From assembly GCA_031375485.1 (NCBI GenBank), contig JANMHX010000328.1, forward strand, positions 8 through 64,007: a stretch of 64,000 bases of DNA, read 5' to 3'. Below, piece after piece: positions 62,924 through 64,000 of the stretch. This DNA is from Gemmatimonadota bacterium. Lineage in GTDB: Bacteria; Gemmatimonadota; Gemmatimonadetes; Gemmatimonadales; GWC2-71-9. How positions within the stretch are numbered: the stretch's first letter is position 1; each line of letters begins with the position of its first letter. The position numbers and the translations under genes are program-made. A model generated the notes under the pieces. It did not search any database and had not been told where the DNA came from. It was given only the letters and a program-made list of their open reading frames with translations.

Positions 62924-62963
62924 CCCGCTCAGGAATTCGTCGGCCGGGCCGATACCAACAGGC

Positions 62964-64000
62964 ATGTCGACTCCATACGATTTCGATCTGCTCTGTATCG
63001 GCTCCGGCCCCGCCGGCCAGCGGGCCGCCGTTCAGGCCGCCAAGCTCGGCCGCCGGGTGGCCTTGGTCGAGCGTCGGCTGTCGCTCGGCGGCTCCTGTCT
63101 GAGCACGGGCACCATCCCGAGCAAGACCTTTCGCGAGGCCGTGCTCCATTTCGCCTCCCTGCGGGACCATCCGGAGCGGCGCCGGTTCGCCAAGCTCGAG
63201 TATCGTCCGACGGCGGCCCAACTGCTGGCCCGGGTCGACCGCGTCATGCAGGACGAAAATTCGGTCATTGAAGATCAATTACGCCGGAACGACGTCACGG
63301 TGCTGTGCGGCAAGGCCACGTTCGTCGACCCCCATCGGGTGATGGTGGAGGGTCCGGACGGCCGCCGGGAAGTGACCGCGGCCAGCATCTTGGTGGCCGT
63401 CGGGACCCAACCGGCCGACCCCCCGGGGGGCGCCATCGACAGCGACGTCGTGATGACCAGCGACGACGTCGCGGCGTTGAAGCGGTTGCCGCGAAGTATC
63501 GTGGTGGTCGGGGCCGGAGTCATCGGGATCGAGTATGCCTCGATGTTCGCGGCGGTCGGGGTCGAGGTGACGGTGATCGACCGCCGGGAGCGCCCGCTCG
63601 AGTTCCTCGACCATGAGATCGTGGATGAACTGATTCATCAAATGCGGCGCCGGAAGGTCACCTTCCGGCCGTCCGAAGGGGTCGACCGGATCGAAGTACT
63701 CGCCGGCCCGGTCAAGCGGGTGGCGGTACACCTCGAGTCCGGCAAGCGGATCGTGGCCGATATGGTACTGTTCTCGGTGGGCCGGGTGGGGGCCACGGCC
63801 GAGCTGGCCCTCGAGCGGGCCGGGCTCGCGGCCGACGACCGGGGCCGGCTCACGGTCGACGAATCGTTCCGGACCGAGGTGCCGCACATCTTCGCGGCGG
63901 GTGATGTGATCGGGTATCCGAGTCTGGCCGCCACCTCGAGCGAGCAGGGGCGGCTGGCGGCCTGCCACGCGTTAGGCGCTCCCGCCCATCCGATGGCCCC
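62964..64000 (+). CDS. sthA: Soluble pyridine nucleotide transhydrogenase / dihydrolipoamide-dehydrogenase family flavoprotein (5' part, runs off the window)
   Basis: I translated this by hand from ATG 62964; it is not in the ORF track because no stop lies in the window. MSTPYDFDLLCIGSGPAGQRAAVQAAKLGRRVALVE, NAD site VVVGAGVIGIEYAS, and AAGDVIGYPSLAATS. Confidence 0.75.
   Translation, partial: MSTPYDFDLLCIGSGPAGQRAAVQAAKLGRRVALVERRLSLGGSCLSTGTIPSKTFREAVLHFASLRDHPERRRFAKLEYRPTAAQLLARVDRVMQDENSVIEDQLRRNDVTVLCGKATFVDPHRVMVEGPDGRREVTAASILVAVGTQPADPPGGAIDSDVVMTSDDVAALKRLPRSIVVVGAGVIGIEYASMFAAVGVEVTVIDRRERPLEFLDHEIVDELIHQMRRRKVTFRPSEGVDRIEVLAGPVKRVAVHLESGKRIVADMVLFSVGRVGATAELALERAGLAADDRGRLTVDESFRTEVPHIFAAGDVIGYPSLAATSSEQGRLAACHALGAPAHPMA

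Noticed and set aside
1-64000. Search for tRNA, rRNA, tmRNA and riboswitch-sized non-coding gaps.
   Set aside because: The largest intergenic gaps are 178, 174, 153 and about 115 nt and are occupied by divergent promoters. No cloverleaf-like or conserved riboswitch sequence was recognised by eye. A covariance-model scan would be needed for certainty.

Overview
High-GC bacterial chromosomal segment, very densely packed: about 50 CDS, short gaps, and many 1-4 nt start/stop overlaps. I found no rRNA, tRNA, CRISPR array, transposase, integrase or phage genes. Gene content resembles a Gemmatimonadota/Acidobacteriota-type soil bacterium (LVIVD and VPS10/BNR propellers, DUF5916 barrel, TPR Ser/Thr kinase, many secreted peptidases); this is inference only. 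Blocks in order: (1) LVIVD lipoprotein + DUF305. (2) A xylose operon (xylB-xylA-TIM-barrel-Gfo/Idh/MocA) facing a DUF1080/PA14, dehydrogenase-azurin fusion and diheme cytochrome c operon. (3) D-aminoacylase/racemase and peptidases. (4) A Ser/Thr kinase followed by three beta-lactam-type hydrolase families. (5) A BKACE-ACAD-dipeptidase operon. (6) Transporter, glycosyltransferase and epimerase-permease genes. (7) An envelope operon: DUF5916, Tat-SOD, YceI, lipoprotein. (8) A DNA double-strand-break repair neighbourhood: an alpha/beta-hydrolase coupled to a UvrD helicase carrying an inserted DEDDh exonuclease, converging on a translationally coupled Ku-DUF72-GNAT operon, then a PQQ dehydrogenase, vapBC, LigD and (further on) XthA. 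(9) UbiB, a VPS10/BNR protein, an S9 peptidase and SthA. The best candidate for an undescribed system is the extended NHEJ module (Ku-DUF72-GNAT plus hydrolase-helicase/exonuclease). Other notable signals: a recurrent -10(TANNNT)-N6-start-codon layout implying leaderless mRNAs; a dispersed GCCGAGY heptanucleotide repeat, present once as a 70-nt palindrome filling a whole intergenic gap and once inside the helicase CDS; and two clear plus two possible frame 1->0 shifts in G/C runs, which are either pseudogenes or assembly indels. All family calls rest on motifs I recognised by eye; no searches were run.
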